This document shows positions 56,779 to 64,000 of a stretch of DNA of 64,000 bases, in pieces (positions within the stretch are counted from its first letter, which is position 1; every line of letters starts with the position of its first letter). Position numbers and translations under genes: made by a program. A model generated the notes under the pieces. That model did no database searches, was not told the origin of the DNA, and worked only from the letters and a program-made list of their open reading frames with translations. This DNA is from the human T2T-CHM13v2.0 reference genome, Homo sapiens. The DNA lies in assembly GCF_009914755.1 (NCBI RefSeq), contig NC_060925.1; one strand, 5' to 3'.

Positions 56779-57086
56779 GGCCGGGCGCCGTGGCTCACGC
56801 CTGTAATCCCAGCACTTTGGGAGGCCGAAGCGGGCGGATAACGAGGTCAGGAGATCGAGACCATTCTGGCTAACATGGTGAAACCCTGTCTCTACTAAAC
56901 ATACAAAAAATTAGCCGGGCGAGGTGGCGGGCGCCTGTAGTCCCAGCTACTAGGGAGGCTGAGGCAGGAGAATGGCGTGAACCCCGGGGGGCGGAGCCTG
57001 CAGTGAGCCGAGATGGCGCCACTGCACTGCAGCCTGGGTGAAAGAGCGAGACTCTGTCTCAAAAAAAAAAAAAAAAAAAAAAAAAA
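56779..57086 (+). mobile_element. AluY variant (Ye-like diagnostics)
   Basis: CpG-rich; gggcgaggtggc and aaccccggggggcggagcctgc; TSD aagaatcatgaa / aagcagcatgaa. Confidence 0.92.
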
Positions 57087-58085
57087 GCAGCATGAAAACA
57101 CACAGGGACTTCAATTTATTAGCAAATAAAGGTGCTATCTATTTTCTTCAGAAGATACATAAAGATAGTGGGGGCAGAGTAGCCTCCAAGTAGACAAGTC
57201 ATGAAAAGTTAATTGGGCTTTAAATATATGAACACAATGAAAAATCACATGCAGTTTTAAAAGCATAACAAACCAACTAAAAGCATAATATTTTGCAATA
57301 ACTTAGATAAATTCAAGACATTAACACATAAGTTGGAACAGAAATTTTCTGATTTTGTTCCTCTTTGAGATTCTTTCCAAAATTTTATACTACATGGTGA
57401 TGTACAGTGAAACTAATGATTGCTTACAAAATAAATTTAGGAAGAAAAAGCAAATTTATCAATATTTCAGATGAATAATAATTATAATAAAGCTTAGTAG
57501 AATCAATTTTTGCTAGAAATTTCCTGCAAAAAATCTGCTCTAAGACCTTAATTTGTCAAAATTAGCACATTGTGAAAATAAAATCTCTAAACTAATAAAT
57601 ATACTTCACTAATGTTTATTCAAAAATAACATTTGGAAATTAAATGCCATATGTCAGTTGGTTAAGAAAAAAAATTTGCTTTGAAATATTTTTACAACAA
57701 GAAATTTAAAGATGTGTCACAAAATTTATAAGGTGGAAAATTTGCGATACTATCATATTAGTTAGTAGTAATTACAAAGAGTTTTATATAGTGATTCAGG
57801 AAGTGGAACTTTAGACAACCTCAGAATGGTAAAAATAAATAAATAAAATAGCAATTTAAAATGTAAGAAAAAGTAAAGTATGACAAAGGGAATGCAACAA
57901 TCTGTCATTGTTTTTTCTTTCTCTCATTTTAATTTCAACATGACCTAGAAAGAATCAGACAGAAAGTCTGAAATAGAAGAATAAAACCATCTGCTGGAAT
58001 AAAACTATTCCAGGAGAACATAATTAGCTCTACAGGGCAGAGGCTTCAACTTATTTTGATCACTGGTGTATCTCATGGCCTAGAG

Positions 58086-61132
<3,047 letters not shown>

Positions 61133-61679
61133 GCTTAAAAATGTGCCAGATAAGTATTGGCACTAAAAAACAATCAAATAAATGAAGAAAAAAATACTTC
61201 AGTAGATGTATTTGTGTGTATATTTTGCAATTGTATTTGCAGTTAGTAGATATATTCATGTGCATATTTTACAATTATATTTGTGTGTATACTTTGTGAT
61301 TTTCTTCTTTACTTAAATTATGGAGTTTAACATGTATATTTTAAAAATCATATATTTTTATACATTTCTTCTATAGGAGCAACATATATCATATTTTTCT
61401 TTTGTACAAAATAAAGCAGTCATTATTATACAGATTTACTGTCTCTCATTTTCATTTTTTAAATTTAAAGTCATATAAGAGAGAAGTAAAATAGTTGTTA
61501 ACATAAGTCAGTAGCTTGAATGCATTATTTCTTTCTACAGTCTTACAGTGATGAGTAATTTATATTCTTGAGTTTTCGAAGCATTTGCACAGATCTCATA
61601 AATGTGGTAGGATGAACACATACAGTCGTGTATTTGGTGATTTTGTGCTGTTAACGCCTAATAAGGGATTTTGGATTTT

Positions 61680-61775
61680 TATAACTTATTCTTCTATGAC
61701 AAAATGAGCACATGGGTTCTTAATGTGGAAGTATCTGTACACATAGTTTATCTTGACTACTTTGACTACAGTGAA
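61680..61775 (+). mobile_element. L3/CR1 LINE RT remnant
   Basis: ORF peptide NLFFYDKMSTWVLNVEVSVHIVYLDY resembles CR1 RT NLISFYDKVTHLVDEGKAVDVVYLDF. Confidence 0.55.
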
Positions 61776-61789
61776 GGGTCTATTTCAGT

Positions 61790-61900
61790 CAGGAGCTTCA
61801 TAAGACCAAAGCTCTGTCTACCTAATTCATCATTGTTCCAGGAAGTAGCATAGTGCCAGACACATTGCTACTATCAGTGAGTATTTTCATACCAATGAAC
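61790..61900 (+). mobile_element. L2 3' end
   Basis: gagcttcataagacc...tgtctacc...tagcatagtgccagacacat. Confidence 0.55.
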
Positions 61901-62941
61901 ATATTTTAAACTCATTAAATTACAAAGTAATTGTTCTTCCATAGGATGGGCTAAAGTAGACTACTCCTTTCCTTTTTTGTGTCCATCTCTTTAGATATGG
62001 TATGCTTGAGCTTTGGAAAACACTTCAAATAATGCCATAGAATAACTGCAGGCAACATTTTCAATCAACATATTTAAATCAAAATGGCTTATATTTTTGT
62101 TACTAAAAGAAAAAATGCACATTTTTTATAAAAAGATTTTTTGTTTAGTATTTAACAGCAAAAAATAATTTAGTATTGGACCTGAAAATATGTAATGTAA
62201 TTAATTATATAAAGACAATTTTGTACATGCTTATCTTTTGTTAGTAGAAAACTAATTATAATATTCTCTAAAGTAGGAGCATGTGAATTAAATATTGAAT
62301 TAGTTAATTCTCATGTCAGGAGTTAAAATTTAAAAAGTAACATCCGACAGATATGAAATTAGATGTCCATGATACAGAGAATCTTGGGTTATCATTTTGG
62401 GTATCAGTAACTATCTATGTGACCTTGGGCATGTTATTTGTGACAGTCTTATGATTGATTAATAATATTTTCAGCACAGAGATAAGAAATATATGTTTCT
62501 TCTTCTTGGATTTTACCTGATGAGGTTGCATATCACCTGAAATATCAGGTAAATAAACATCAGACTGGGATTTAACCTCTGAAAGGCATGTTTTTTTGTT
62601 TTTTTAAAAAACAAAACAAAGGATCATTTTGACAAAAATGGTCACAAAATCCAGAATGGCATCTTTTAAAAAGAGATAAAAATGAGATCCATTTAAAACA
62701 AAATCACTAGTGACTTGTAACACAAAGCATCTAATTCTCCATATTATATTATATTACAAAGAATCAGAAGTGAAGGCTTCATATGGTTTTAGGCAGGTCA
62801 GTCCTAAGAGACATATGGGGCACAAGGTAAAGGGAGAAAAATAGGGAAGAAAAATTGTGTTATTGCGTTGTATAAATGCGTAAACATGTAAATCTAACCC
62901 AAATATTTGAGAGTATTTTGGGTACCACAAATATGGTATTC

Positions 62942-64000
<1,059 letters not shown>

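Noticed and set aside
62512-62553. 10-bp inverted repeat TTTACCTGAT / ATCAGGTAAA
   Set aside because: Short arms, long spacer, no TSD; compatible with chance in 64 kb.

Overview
AT-rich, CpG-depleted primate (human-like) genomic DNA, intergenic or deep intronic. I found no supportable protein-coding exon, RNA gene, CpG island or CRISPR array. The listed ORFs are chance ORFs, microsatellite translations, or Alu/L1/ERV/CR1 remnants. The window is a layered transposon fossil record. It holds about 15 Alu/FLAM copies, MIR/L2/CR1 relics and many MaLR/ERVL LTRs. A decayed ERV-L-class provirus (LTR, tRNA-Ser-like PBS, protease/RT/RNase H/integrase relics) is split by a full-length L1MA6-8-type LINE, which itself carries two Alus and a THE1 LTR. 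An apparently full-length Charlie1 hAT transposon sits in an L2 tail, and an L1PA3-like 3' end runs off the right edge. Structure not explained by repeats: several local template-switch or duplication scars (15.0-16.1 kb, 21.8 kb, 29.0-32.4 kb, including a perfect 68-bp tandem duplication) and a few candidate cis-regulatory motif clusters. I did not find a credible new biological system. Subfamily names come from my recollection of consensus sequences and were not verified by a search; boundaries of old repeats are approximate.
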